Assembly: GCA_045645765.1 (NCBI GenBank) | Contig: JAZRJK010000014.1 | Coordinates: forward strand, 10,819 to 74,818 | Direction: 5' to 3' | DNA: 64,000 bases | DNA from: Candidatus Gastranaerophilaceae bacterium | Lineage (GTDB): Bacteria; Cyanobacteriota; Vampirovibrionia; Gastranaerophilales; Gastranaerophilaceae | Shown here: positions 9,551 to 19,810 of the stretch, one piece after another | How the letters are laid out: the number at the start of each line of letters is the position of its first letter | How positions within the stretch are numbered: position 1 is the stretch's first letter | The notes under the pieces: model-generated | Told to the model about the DNA's origin: nothing | Databases searched by the model: none | The model's input: only the letters and a program-made list of their open reading frames with translations | Position numbers and translations under genes: made by a program

Positions 9551-12500
9551 TTACAACAATTCTTCAAACACAATACTAGAGGCTTGGTCAATTTCTTTTC
9601 CAAAAGATTTAACTTTTAAAGGTGCTGTAATATAGAGTTTTTTCTTCGCTCTTGTTACTGCAACATAAAATAAGCGCATAGATTCTTCGCAAGAAAATTC
9701 TTTTAATTCAAGCTCAGATTTAACCTTGTATTTTGGATTAAAACCTCTTACTTCTTCCATAAATGAAGTTGAAGATTTTAAATTCGCTTGATTAACATCC
9801 ATATTTAACATTTTTTCAGAAAGCTCTGGCATAAATACATATTCAAATTCATCACCCTTAGATTTATGAAGCGTCATTATTTGAACTTTTCCTTTAACTG
9901 CATTTTCATCTTCTTCTTCAGAGAAAAATTTAAACCCGCTTAAACTTGGACGTTTAGAAAGTGCATCTAATCTTTCTAATGTCAAATTATAATTAGAATT
10001 ATTATTCAATTTCCTTACCAAAGTTCCAATTAAATATACATTTGATTTTTCAATATCTGACGTGTAATAAAATAAACCTATTTTAATAACTAATTCCTCT
10101 AAAGGCATGGTCGAAGAATTCAGCCAATATTGCATATCCCATAAAAATTGTGCTAAATCTTGAGATTCAATTTCATCACCATTTTTTATTATAAAAGGAG
10201 TTTCACTTGCACGAATTTCTAACTGCAAGCGAGGTTTGTAAAATCCGTATTCGCTTAGTGTTTCATAGACATTTACTAAAGCTTCATTATCAAATGGAGT
10301 TTGTAAAAATTTTAGGATAGAAAAAATTGTGTTAAATACGGATTTTTGTCCTAAAGATTCACTTCTTGTAATACTCTTAAACCCAGCATCATTAACAAAT
10401 TGAGTCCAGTTTGCAACTTGATAATTTCCTCTTAAAAGTATTCCGATTGTTGCATCTTTATTTCTTGTCAAAACATTTTTGATTTCTCTTAGCACAAAAT
10501 TCTTTTCTTCAAAAGCTTTTTCAAAAGTTTTGGCAAAAACTGCATTTTCACTTATTGGATTTTTCCCTTCAACTCCTTGCATCATACTTTTAAAGAAAGC
10601 TTTTGGTAAAAGTTTTTCTCCCCAAAGGATTGTCTTGTTTGCTAAATCCATGACTTCTTGAGTACATCTTTGTGAATGATTCATTTCAACAAGCTTATCA
10701 GCGTTTTTGATAAAATCTCTAAAACCTTCTACATCTGCATTAGAAAAAGTTGTTGTAATAGCTTGATTTATATCTCCACAACGTATCAAATTTTTATGTT
10801 TTCCTGTTAACAAAGCAATAAGTCTTTGTTGTATACCAGAAGAATCCTGCGCTTCATCTTCTATAATATATTCACAGATTTCTTGATAGTGTTCCAGAAT
10901 ATCTTTATTATTTTCTAAAAGTTTTACTGAAAATAATAAAATATCATCATAGTCTATCAAATTAGCCTCATCTAATTTTTGTTGATATTCTTTATAAAAA
11001 CTTTTGAATTTTTCTATTTTTTTATCAGTAGTAGGTTTATTAATATCACCTTCCTGTAACTTCATCACAGATATTGCTCTATCAAAATCATCTAAATCTG
11101 TTTTTGTAAATTTACCATCAATACTTTTTAGAATCCTCATCCTTTGAGTATCATCACAAATTTCAAAATCAGAAGCCAAGCCTAATCTCTCGTAATTCGA
11201 ATTATCTTTAATTATTCTAAGTGCAAGCCCGTGAATTGTACTAATATTTGGAAGCTGGTTAGAATTAGGCGCCATATTTTTTATACGTTCCCTGAAATTT
11301 CTTGCAGCTGATTCCATGTAAGTGAGTACAAAGATATTAGACGGTTTTATTCCTTTATTTAAAAGTTTCATGATAAGTGCAAGAAGAATTGTTGTTTTAC
11401 CTGCACCAGGAACTGCAGAGATTGCCATCGAACCAGATTCATAATCTAGTACAGGTTTTTGATCATCACGTGGAATAATTTGAAATACAGATTTAGTATC
11501 TTCTTCTTTTGGAATCTCTGATATTAAATATTCTTCTATTCCTCCTAAGTTTTCTGCGCCAGTTGGGTCAAATAAGCTTGAAAGAGCATATGTTTTGACT
11601 TTAGCTAGAAGCAAAAGTTTTCTTAAAATTCTTGCTGTTTTTTGAGCTGATAAAAAGATATCGTCTTCAATTGTATATTCATCTTTTGTCCAATCAGCTT
11701 GCATCACCCAAGCGTTGTAAAGTGGTCCAATATCGTTTTTAACCCAATCAGAATGTGAAACATCTAACCAAAATTGATATTTTGTAGAGATTTTATTATC
11801 AATAATTTTCTGTGGAGTTGCTATTACCAAATCATTTTCTAAAATTTCTAATGTTGAACTTGGATTTTCTGCAATAATTGAGTTTTCAATTTGATTAATA
11901 ATATCAGAAACTCTATTTTTAACAACCTTTTCCCCTAAAACTTTTTCAAAATCTCTAAGTTGTTTAATAAAGAAATTGAATTTATTAATTTTTGTCTCGT
12001 CTACAAAATCAATAACACGATAAAACATTTCATAGACTTTAAGTGAAAGTTTAATGTCTTTATTTTTGATTTCTTCAAAAGCGTTATAAAAATTTTCATA
12101 TTTCTCTGAATAATTTTCAACTTCTAAAAGTGGAAGAAGTTTTGTCTTAGAGTAAGCTTCTAAGATATTTTTGCAATATTTTAAAGGTATTCCAACATAA
12201 TCAGAAAGGATAACTCTTAAATCCATTTCTGAAATTTCTATTCCTTGCATGAGTTTTAAGATATTTAAACTGGCTTTTACCAAAGGATTATCAATAAGTT
12301 TTTCACTACCTGATAAAAATTGCAGATTACAAGTTTTAAGTTTTTCTTTTAATGTAAACTTCAACATGTCGTCTTGAAGCGGAGTAATGATTGCAATTTC
12401 GCTTGGTTTAATTCCTTTTTTTAATAAATCTTCTATTTTAGCAACACTGAAGTCTATTATTTCTGCACGTTTTGAGAGAGATGTTAATGTGAAATTTTTC

Positions 12501-13396
12501 AGTCTTTTTTTAGTTTTTTCAATTACGTTAGAAAAAATTATTTCTCCGTTTTCTTCTTGGAAAGAAATATTTTTTTCTTCAATTGTTTCAACTTTTTCGT
12601 TAAATAATTTTGACAATTTATATTCAATCGACGTATCTGCACTTAAGTATCCACAACGGCTTGATCCAAGAGAGTCAAAACAAATTAACCAATCTTTTAA
12701 TTGTGGTTTTAAATATTTAATAAATTCAAAACAAACAGGAGTCATTTCATCAGCGTCATCGACTAAAAGATATTTAATATTCTTGAAATAATCTGTATTT
12801 TTATAAACATGGTTAAAGATTAATGTCTGGCGCAAATAATCTAGACTTCTTGTTTTTAATGTTGAAGACAATAATCTTTTTATAATAAACTCCGCATCTT
12901 CTCCAAAAGATTCTTTTAAAATTTTTGAACGTTCACGCACTTCATCATTATTTAAATTATTTTGAACAATTAAAGAATATCTTCTAAAAATTTGATGAAG
13001 GAGTGATTTTTTAGAATTATATCCTTTAACTTCATTTTTCTTTAATATTTCTTTTAATAAAAACTGTGAAACCTCTAGCCCAACTAAATTTGGAAGTATA
13101 AAAGATTTCTCTGATGGAATAGAATTTTCAATAAAACACCAATTTTCTTGTAAAGTATTGTATACAATTGAAAAAAAAGAATGAATTTGTAATTTCTCAA
13201 TTGCATCAATTCTTATTTCTGTCAAAATTTTATCAGTTATTTGTTTTTTTAGAGTAGAGTTTTGAATGAGAACCAATATTTCAGAGGGTTTTACTCCAAC
13301 AGAAATAAGCTCAAGATATTTCTTGATTAACAAATTTTCTCTAAAATCAACTTTAATAAAATTTACTAACATACTCCTTATAGAGTATTTTATCAC
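9551..13396 (-). CDS. SF1A UvrD/PcrA-like helicase with an N-terminal degenerate helicase copy
   Basis: C-half has AVPGAGKTT, EDEAQDS, GDINQAI, TLHKSKGDEF, LFYVAVTRAKK; N-half has relic motifs EILVL, IHSFF, LLVDDADE but no Walker A. Confidence 0.85.
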   Translation of the reverse strand: MIKYSIRSMLVNFIKVDFRENLLIKKYLELISVGVKPSEILVLIQNSTLKKQITDKILTEIRIDAIEKLQIHSFFSIVYNTLQENWCFIENSIPSEKSFILPNLVGLEVSQFLLKEILKKNEVKGYNSKKSLLHQIFRRYSLIVQNNLNNDEVRERSKILKESFGEDAEFIIKRLLSSTLKTRSLDYLRQTLIFNHVYKNTDYFKNIKYLLVDDADEMTPVCFEFIKYLKPQLKDWLICFDSLGSSRCGYLSADTSIEYKLSKLFNEKVETIEEKNISFQEENGEIIFSNVIEKTKKRLKNFTLTSLSKRAEIIDFSVAKIEDLLKKGIKPSEIAIITPLQDDMLKFTLKEKLKTCNLQFLSGSEKLIDNPLVKASLNILKLMQGIEISEMDLRVILSDYVGIPLKYCKNILEAYSKTKLLPLLEVENYSEKYENFYNAFEEIKNKDIKLSLKVYEMFYRVIDFVDETKINKFNFFIKQLRDFEKVLGEKVVKNRVSDIINQIENSIIAENPSSTLEILENDLVIATPQKIIDNKISTKYQFWLDVSHSDWVKNDIGPLYNAWVMQADWTKDEYTIEDDIFLSAQKTARILRKLLLLAKVKTYALSSLFDPTGAENLGGIEEYLISEIPKEEDTKSVFQIIPRDDQKPVLDYESGSMAISAVPGAGKTTILLALIMKLLNKGIKPSNIFVLTYMESAARNFRERIKNMAPNSNQLPNISTIHGLALRIIKDNSNYERLGLASDFEICDDTQRMRILKSIDGKFTKTDLDDFDRAISVMKLQEGDINKPTTDKKIEKFKSFYKEYQQKLDEANLIDYDDILLFSVKLLENNKDILEHYQEICEYIIEDEAQDSSGIQQRLIALLTGKHKNLIRCGDINQAITTTFSNADVEGFRDFIKNADKLVEMNHSQRCTQEVMDLANKTILWGEKLLPKAFFKSMMQGVEGKNPISENAVFAKTFEKAFEEKNFVLREIKNVLTRNKDATIGILLRGNYQVANWTQFVNDAGFKSITRSESLGQKSVFNTIFSILKFLQTPFDNEALVNVYETLSEYGFYKPRLQLEIRASETPFIIKNGDEIESQDLAQFLWDMQYWLNSSTMPLEELVIKIGLFYYTSDIEKSNVYLIGTLVRKLNNNSNYNLTLERLDALSKRPSLSGFKFFSEEEDENAVKGKVQIMTLHKSKGDEFEYVFMPELSEKMLNMDVNQANLKSSTSFMEEVRGFNPKYKVKSELELKEFSCEESMRLFYVAVTRAKKKLYITAPLKVKSFGKEIDQASSIVFEELL

Positions 13397-13491
13397 AAAC
13401 AGGCTTCAAACCTCTTGTCAAATAAAAAACTTTTTTATAAAATTAAGGAGTAATCAATTACACAGATATACATTTAAGAAGGAGATTTAAC

Positions 13492-13719
13492 ATGGCTAAA
13501 GTTAAAGAAGCAAAAATCGGTATTCAAGAACAAATTATTGAATCAGCTGGTCAAATTTACAACTATTTAAACGCTAAAGGTGAAGTTTCAATTAACAAAA
13601 TGAAAAAAGACCTTAGCTTAAATGAAAACTTCGCTGAAATGGGTCTTGGCTGGTTATCAAGAGAAGATAAACTTGAATACACTCAAAAAGCTAAATCAGT
13701 TACAGTAAGATTAAGATAG
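13492..13719 (+). CDS. small winged-helix protein (DUF2582-like)
   Basis: AGQIYNYL...GLGWLSREDKL pattern; SD AAGGAG. Confidence 0.75.
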   Translation: MAKVKEAKIGIQEQIIESAGQIYNYLNAKGEVSINKMKKDLSLNENFAEMGLGWLSREDKLEYTQKAKSVTVRLR

Positions 13720-13742
13720 TCTTTAACTTAATAGGTTTATAT

Positions 13743-13775
13743 AAAAACTGCGATAGACTTTCTATCGCAGTTTTT
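13743..13775 (+). terminator. intrinsic terminator
   Basis: 15-bp perfect stem AAAAACTGCGATAGA/TCTATCGCAGTTTTT. Confidence 0.8.
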
Positions 13776-13791
13776 ATTTTACAACGTTACA

Positions 13792-13838
13792 AAAAAAAGA
13801 TGTGGAAGATATCTAAAATATCTTCCACATCTTTTTTT
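13792..13838 (-). terminator. intrinsic terminator
   Basis: 21-bp perfect stem with A/T tails, just beyond the stop of 13849-14436. Confidence 0.8.
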
Positions 13839-13848
13839 ATTTATTTAA

Positions 13849-14436
13849 TTATCTTGTTGTTTGAATAAATAAACTAATTAAATCATTCAAAGCTGAGTAT
13901 TGTTTTTGATAATTTTGAGATTGCTTTTCAAGAGTTAAAATTTGTTTTTTATATTCTTGAATAGAACCCTGGCATTCTCTAGCAGATACCTTTAAACTTT
14001 CTTGAACTTGTTGTGCATCTTGAAGAACGTTTTTCATTGAAATCCCAAGAGCTTCCATAGTTTGTTTAATAATTTGAGCACCTGTATGTCTTGAAACACC
14101 ACTTGGCAATTGAGAAATAAGCTTTTTAAGAACCGCAATATTCGCAGGCATTTCAAAACTATCCATTGGATTTTCTACTATTGAAGCAGATATTTGAGGT
14201 TCCGCAAATAAAGTTTCGTTTGATTCTTCCACATCATCAAAGAAATTTGACTTTGGAGCTGATACAGCTTCTGCAAAAAAATCATCATCAGATGTTGTAA
14301 AAGCTTCTTCTAAATTTGATTCATTTATAGTAGTGCCTACAAACAAAGAATTATCAATAGAATCTTCCATATCCATACTTTCAGCTTGTTTTTTTAAAGC
14401 TTCAACAATCTTTTTTCCTACACTTTCATTATTCAT
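13849..14436 (-). CDS. 195-aa hypothetical protein, acidic N-half and C-terminal coiled coil
   Basis: ORF with SD GAGGGAG; D/E-rich first half; heptad-like C-terminus. Confidence 0.75.
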   Translation of the reverse strand: MNNESVGKKIVEALKKQAESMDMEDSIDNSLFVGTTINESNLEEAFTTSDDDFFAEAVSAPKSNFFDDVEESNETLFAEPQISASIVENPMDSFEMPANIAVLKKLISQLPSGVSRHTGAQIIKQTMEALGISMKNVLQDAQQVQESLKVSARECQGSIQEYKKQILTLEKQSQNYQKQYSALNDLISLFIQTTR

Positions 14437-14574
14437 TGTTATACTCCCTCGAAGTTTTCTAACTGAATTTATTATATGTTAAACATATACAAATTCAAAC
14501 CAAAAACATGAATATTGTTATTTTTCGTAATATTTTATTGTATAATTTAGTAAATCAGAATTAGGAGATATATT

Positions 14575-15597
14575 ATGACAAAAAACTTAGACTGGTCAAA
14601 TATTGGTTTTGGCTATATTAAAACAGATTATCGCTTTGTTGCGAATTATAAAGATGGCAAATGGGATGACGGAGAATTAACTACCAATGAAAATATTGTA
14701 TTAAATGAAAGCGCTGGAGTTTTACAATATGCTCAGACTTGTTTTGAAGGAATGAAAGCTTATAGAACTATTGACGGTAAGGTGGTTTGTTTTAGACCTG
14801 ACTTAAATGCTAAAAGAATGGCCGACACAGCAAAAAGACTTGTTATGCCAGCCTTTCCTGAAGAAAAATTCATAGACGCTGTTTTAAAAACTGTAAAAGC
14901 TAATATTGATTGGGTACCACCTTACGGTTCTGGTGCAGCTTTATACTTAAGACCTTTTATGTTTGGTTCTGGCATTGTTATTGGTGTTAAACCTGCCACA
15001 GAATGCCAATTAAGAATTTTTGCAACACCAGTAGGCCCATATTTTAAAGGTGATGCTAGTGCTATAGCATTAAGAGTACCAGATTACGATAGAGCTGCCC
15101 CTCGTGGAACAGGACACGTAAAAGCTGGACTAAATTATGCAATGAGCTTACAACCTATACATGAAGCTCGACAATTAGGTTATGCTGAAAACTTGTACTT
15201 AGATTCTGCAACAAGAACTAATGTTGAAGAAACAGGCGGCGCTAATGTAATTTTCGTTACTAAAGATAACACTGTTGTTACTCCAAAATCTGATACAATA
15301 CTCCCTTCTGTAACAAGACGTTCTTTAATGTATGTTGCAGAACATTATTTAGGATTAAAAGTTGAAGAAAGAATTATTCCATATTCTGAAATAAAAGATT
15401 TCAAAGAATGTGCCCTTTGTGGTACAGCCGCTGTTCTTTCCCCAGTTGGTAGGATTGATAACAATGGTGTATCTGTTTGTTTTGATTACAACAACCAAGA
15501 AATTGGTGAAATTACTAAAAAATTATACGATACACTCACAGGAATTCAGATGGGCAGAATTGATGCCCCAGAAGGCTGGATAAGAGTTGTTGAGTAA
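14575..15597 (+). CDS. ilvE: branched-chain amino acid aminotransferase
   Basis: LQYAQTCFEGMKAY, LYLRPF, KAGLNYA (PLP Lys), EETGGAN, ILPSVTRRS, GTAAVLSP. Confidence 0.93.
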   Translation: MTKNLDWSNIGFGYIKTDYRFVANYKDGKWDDGELTTNENIVLNESAGVLQYAQTCFEGMKAYRTIDGKVVCFRPDLNAKRMADTAKRLVMPAFPEEKFIDAVLKTVKANIDWVPPYGSGAALYLRPFMFGSGIVIGVKPATECQLRIFATPVGPYFKGDASAIALRVPDYDRAAPRGTGHVKAGLNYAMSLQPIHEARQLGYAENLYLDSATRTNVEETGGANVIFVTKDNTVVTPKSDTILPSVTRRSLMYVAEHYLGLKVEERIIPYSEIKDFKECALCGTAAVLSPVGRIDNNGVSVCFDYNNQEIGEITKKLYDTLTGIQMGRIDAPEGWIRVVE

Positions 15598-15609
15598 ATT
15601 TTTACAAAC

Positions 15610-15637
15610 TTGACTTGCAAGAACTCATCATTATAAC
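15610..15637 (+). promoter_or_regulatory. candidate sigma70 promoter for the flg operon
   Basis: TTGACT-N16-TATAAC. Confidence 0.45.
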
Positions 15638-15678
15638 CTTATTAACTCCCTCAATCAGATGATTTTGTAAAAAAATAT

Positions 15679-15706
15679 TAAAGTAGTATCTAAAATCTGT
15701 CGATTA
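15679..15706 (+). promoter_or_regulatory. candidate sigma28-like promoter for the flg operon
   Basis: TAAA-N16-GTCGATTA versus consensus TAAA-N15-GCCGATAA. Confidence 0.35.
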
Positions 15707-15730
15707 ACATGGGAGAAATGAGGTAATAAA

Positions 15731-16429
15731 ATGCAAATAAATGGCGGTGTTAGATTCTGCGAGCAAGGTATCAAAGCTTCAATCCGTGCTATGCACGTCC
15801 AAAGTGAAGTTCTTGGCATGATTAACGAAAACGTGTCTGGTTTTGACAAAATTGGTTTTCAAAGACGAGAACCAGTGGTATCTTCTTTTACAGAATATCT
15901 TGGCGTACATGGCCTATCAACAACAATTGATGATCAACCAGGTCGTATTATGGTCTCACAAAGTCCGCTAGATATTACTATGGCAAATAGAGGGTATTTC
16001 CAAATACAAACCCCTGATGGTGTAAAGCTCACTAGAGATGGGCGATTTAAACTGGATAAAAATGGCAATTTAGTTAATTTAGAAGACAACGCAGTACTTT
16101 CTGATGCAGGAATGCCAATAAGACTTCCTGTAGTACCGGATAATCCTTCAGAAGTCGTAGTTAATTCTAGAGGAAAAATTAGCGTTTTTAATAAAGTAGA
16201 TGGTAGTTTAATTGATGCTGGTTTTCTTGGAATAGTGGATTCAAACGGGCTCGCAGTGATTAATCCCGATGTAAAACAAGGTTACAACGAACATTCAAAT
16301 GTTATTCTTCAAAACGAGTTTTTAGCTGTTAAGCCTGTTGTAAGAAATTTTGAAGCTAATAGGCAAATCTTTAGAATGCATAACTCAACTCTACAAAAAG
16401 TGATTAATCAACTTGGCTCAAGCTCATAG
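15731..16429 (+). CDS. flgF: flagellar rod protein, FlgF/FlgG family (divergent)
   Basis: GYFQIQTPDG.KLTRDGRFKLD.NG.LV motif; degenerate N-terminal rod motif (INENVSG instead of IANNLAN). Confidence 0.7.
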   Translation: MQINGGVRFCEQGIKASIRAMHVQSEVLGMINENVSGFDKIGFQRREPVVSSFTEYLGVHGLSTTIDDQPGRIMVSQSPLDITMANRGYFQIQTPDGVKLTRDGRFKLDKNGNLVNLEDNAVLSDAGMPIRLPVVPDNPSEVVVNSRGKISVFNKVDGSLIDAGFLGIVDSNGLAVINPDVKQGYNEHSNVILQNEFLAVKPVVRNFEANRQIFRMHNSTLQKVINQLGSSS

Positions 16430-16440
16430 GAGATTTAATA

Positions 16441-17154
16441 ATGTATAACATACAAGCAACAATAAGAAAAAGTATAAATAATACAACTACTCAATTTGAG
16501 CGTCTTGGCTACATTGCGAACAACCTAACTAATTACAATACTGTAGCTTATAAAACAAATCGTTTTGAGCAAATTCTACGTGAAGATGGATACCTTGACG
16601 GTGCTATTAGAACAAACGCTTTAAGAGGTGGAATAAGAGTAAGTGGGAATCCTTATGACATCGCTATTGATGGTGAAGGTTACTTCCCAGTTGTTTCACC
16701 AGACGGAGAAGTCCAATATACTCGCGACGGTTCTCTTAAACGTGGTAAAGGCGGATATTTAATGACTGTAGATGATTGGCTAGTTGGAGATGGTATTAAA
16801 ATACCAGCAAACTCTTACAAAATTGAAATTCGTCCAAATGGTGATGTATTCAACTATGATAATGCAGGATCACTTCCAGAAAAAATTGGTACAATTCCAA
16901 TTGTACAATTTGATTGTCCTGAAGGTTTAGAACAGGGCCATAATAATAAAATGACAATGACAGAAGAATCTGGAAATCCAGTTATTGTTAAAGCTGATCA
17001 AAACATTAGACAATATGCAACCGAAACTTCTAATACAAATATCTTCGACGAGATGAATGATCTAATGAGACTAAACACTTCAATGATTGCAAGTTTTAAT
17101 TTAATGAAAGTTGCAGACGATATGTATAGCAAATCAATCAGTATTACAGAATAA
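16441..17154 (+). CDS. flgG: flagellar rod protein, FlgG family
   Basis: IANNLTNYNT.AYK, DIAIDGEGYFPV, YTRDGSL, ETSN. Confidence 0.78.
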   Translation: MYNIQATIRKSINNTTTQFERLGYIANNLTNYNTVAYKTNRFEQILREDGYLDGAIRTNALRGGIRVSGNPYDIAIDGEGYFPVVSPDGEVQYTRDGSLKRGKGGYLMTVDDWLVGDGIKIPANSYKIEIRPNGDVFNYDNAGSLPEKIGTIPIVQFDCPEGLEQGHNNKMTMTEESGNPVIVKADQNIRQYATETSNTNIFDEMNDLMRLNTSMIASFNLMKVADDMYSKSISITE

Positions 17155-17183
17155 TAATTGATTTAAACTAAGAAAGGTAAAGT

Positions 17184-17534
17184 ATGACATTTACAGCTTT
17201 GGATTCAATGGGAAAAACTAATTTAATGTTAGACTTGATTTCTCAAAAACAAAGAGCAATCGGTTCAAACATAGCAAACGTTGATACACCTGGCTATGTT
17301 AGACGTAATATTGATTTCTCACAGTATTTAGGAAGTATGAATAGTCCTATTGAAACAAAGTTATCAACAGCACTAGGTCCTTCTAGCGTAATTGAAGATA
17401 GGCAAGGCCAAGAAATCGATATAGCATCAGAGTTAGCAGAAATGCAAAAAAACTCTTTGATGTATACAATGGCTACACGAAGAATGTCAAATATTATTAC
17501 AGAAATGAAAACTGTAATAAATGTTGGAAAATAA
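17184..17534 (+). CDS. flgB: flagellar proximal rod protein FlgB
   Basis: SNIANVDTPGY; DIASELAEMQKNSLMY. Confidence 0.88.
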   Translation: MTFTALDSMGKTNLMLDLISQKQRAIGSNIANVDTPGYVRRNIDFSQYLGSMNSPIETKLSTALGPSSVIEDRQGQEIDIASELAEMQKNSLMYTMATRRMSNIITEMKTVINVGK

Positions 17535-17559
17535 GGTGTTTAAGAAAGATAGGTAAAAT

Positions 17560-18003
17560 ATGAGCATTTTAGAATCAATGAACATCGGTTCAAACGCATT
17601 AAGAGCGCACGGATTAAGATTAGATATTCACGCAAAAAACATAGCGAATATTGACACTCCTAACTACGTCCGCCGAATTCCGGTTTTAAATGCTTCAGAA
17701 GATATATCTTTCCACGGTCTAATGAATACAATGAAGAATGATGTATTTGGCGTTGGCACTTTGCCTTATTTACAGGGAGGTGTTGTATTTAATGGATGCG
17801 TAGAAGATCCAACTCTCGGTGAAAGAATTTATTCACCAGGACATCCTGATGCTGATGCAAATGGTTACATAAGAGCTTCTAATGTAAATGCTATGGTTGA
17901 TATGGCAGATGCCGTTATGGCGCAAAGAGCTTATGAAGCAAACTTGGCACTAATTAATATTTCAAAAGCTATGGCTTCAAAAGCAACCGAAATAGGTAGA
18001 TAA
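17560..18003 (+). CDS. flgC: flagellar proximal rod protein FlgC
   Basis: NIANIDTP, YSPGHPDADANGY, SNVN, AQRAYEAN. Confidence 0.92.
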   Translation: MSILESMNIGSNALRAHGLRLDIHAKNIANIDTPNYVRRIPVLNASEDISFHGLMNTMKNDVFGVGTLPYLQGGVVFNGCVEDPTLGERIYSPGHPDADANGYIRASNVNAMVDMADAVMAQRAYEANLALINISKAMASKATEIGR

Positions 18004-18028
18004 TTCTTTAATCGTGTAGAAGTAAATA

Positions 18029-18068
18029 AAAAATAAGATGCTCAAATTTTATTGAACATCTTATTTTT
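18029..18068. terminator. bidirectional terminator
   Basis: 17-bp stem with one mismatch between convergent flgC and 18070-18399. Confidence 0.7.
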
Positions 18069-18069
18069 C

Positions 18070-18399
18070 TTACTGTCCTCTTTTTTCAAAAAGTTGAGGA
18101 GTTCCTGATGGATTACAAACCCCAAATTGACAACTAGTATTATAACTATAATCTACAGGTTGGGGACCAAAATCTCTTAGACTTTGGCTCGGCTCACTAT
18201 TTTGTGAAGGTTTTAAACGAACTTCAGGAGAACCTGCAAATTCTTTAATTGTTGATTTGGGTGAATAAGTTCTTTGCATCGGCTGAGGTTGTTGAATTTC
18301 TGCAATAGAACAAGCAGTTGCATCTCCATCTATTTTACAAGCTCCAAAAGCAAATGATTGTATTAATAAAAATAGTAATACAGATAAACATTTTTTCAT
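18070..18399 (-). CDS. small exported Cys-containing protein
   Basis: Sec-type signal MKKCLSVLLFLLIQSFAFG (start moved to ATG at 18399); two Cys pairs. Confidence 0.7.
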   Translation of the reverse strand: MKKCLSVLLFLLIQSFAFGACKIDGDATACSIAEIQQPQPMQRTYSPKSTIKEFAGSPEVRLKPSQNSEPSQSLRDFGPQPVDYSYNTSCQFGVCNPSGTPQLFEKRGQ

Positions 18400-18573
18400 A
18401 GAAAAATTTCTCCTTTTCCTATATTTTAATAACCCAATTGGAATTATCATTAACCGATAGTAGTAGTTATAAATACCATTATTATATTCAACTTTTAATT
18501 CAACTTTTTGTAGGATTAATAAAACTTTACATTTTGATACTATTGATTAGGAAGGGATTCGGAGGGCATTTAA

Positions 18574-19782
18574 TTGTACGCTTACCGCCAACAAGTTCAG
18601 ATAAAACCACTACATGTTGTTCCTCAACGTAAAGTTGAACAGCCAATCCGTCCTAAGCGTATTTTAGGGAAAAAAGTTAAGCCTAAAAAAAATCCTATTA
18701 TTGAAATTTTCAGATTTATAACAACTGTGTCATTATTATCTGCTTTTGGCATATTTATTCAGCCTACTGCATATAATACGCTTATTAAACAAGTTATAAA
18801 CCCTACAGATTTTTCAACTAATATTGGCTACAAAAATTCAATGTTAGAGAACCAAAACCCCACTTTTGATACGTCTATTAATTTGTATACGATTTCGAAT
18901 CCTATCACAAAATATCTTCATAATGATTTATTCGATAACCAACTATTATTAACCCCAACTCTTCAAAAAACTCATAGTGAAGTCACTACTATGTATCAGA
19001 CTTCTGAAATGACAGGACTAAAACAACAATTAGAAAATTTAATAAAATCCTATCCCGCGATTAAACCTGCCATTTATGCTTGGGAATACGATCAAGGACA
19101 ATTTGTAAATATTAATGCAAATGAAATTTACCCAGCAGCAAGTATTATTAAAATCCCCGTTTTAGTTAGAATGTTTAAATCTATCGAAGCTAACGAATTT
19201 ACGATTTATGATGAGATGAAAATGACAGAACAATATCGTTCATCAGGTTCAGGGAATTTACAGTATTCTCAAGCTAATCGTAGTTATAGCATGGATTATT
19301 TGGCTAAAATAATGATTCAAGACTCAGACAATACTTCCACAAATATGATTATGTCAAAAGTTGGAGGAATGGATGATATTAACATTGGGCTAAGAGATTG
19401 GGGAATTTCTACTACTTATGTAAGAACTTGGTTACCTGACTTAAAAGGCACAAATAAAACAACTGCTATGGATATGGCAAAAATCCTTTATAACTTAGAT
19501 AATCCAGGTTTTTTAAATATCAATTCAAGAGAATATATTATTGATTATATGAGTCATGTTAAAAATGATAGGCTTATTCAAGCAGGACTTGGAGATGGGG
19601 CTCTATTTATACATAAAACAGGAGATATTGGTTCTATGTTAGGTGATGCAGGGATAGTATTCGCACCTAACGGTAAAAAATACATTGTTGTTATTTTAGC
19701 AAAACGACCACACAATTCTTATCAAGGTAAAGAATTTATTGTTAAAGCTTCTGAATTAATATACAAAGCTATTGTTGGTTAA
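18574..19782 (+). CDS. membrane-anchored class A beta-lactamase-like serine hydrolase (PBP-A type)
   Basis: SxxK (ASIIK), SDN, KTG; omega-loop RTWLPDL has Leu where class A enzymes have Glu166; N-terminal TM segment. Confidence 0.85.
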   Translation: MYAYRQQVQIKPLHVVPQRKVEQPIRPKRILGKKVKPKKNPIIEIFRFITTVSLLSAFGIFIQPTAYNTLIKQVINPTDFSTNIGYKNSMLENQNPTFDTSINLYTISNPITKYLHNDLFDNQLLLTPTLQKTHSEVTTMYQTSEMTGLKQQLENLIKSYPAIKPAIYAWEYDQGQFVNINANEIYPAASIIKIPVLVRMFKSIEANEFTIYDEMKMTEQYRSSGSGNLQYSQANRSYSMDYLAKIMIQDSDNTSTNMIMSKVGGMDDINIGLRDWGISTTYVRTWLPDLKGTNKTTAMDMAKILYNLDNPGFLNINSREYIIDYMSHVKNDRLIQAGLGDGALFIHKTGDIGSMLGDAGIVFAPNGKKYIVVILAKRPHNSYQGKEFIVKASELIYKAIVG

Positions 19783-19810
19783 TTTTATTTTTTATTTGTT
19801 TTTTTATTTT

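Noticed and set aside
18574-19782. Beta-lactam resistance gene
   Set aside because: Lacks the Glu166-equivalent general base (Leu instead)
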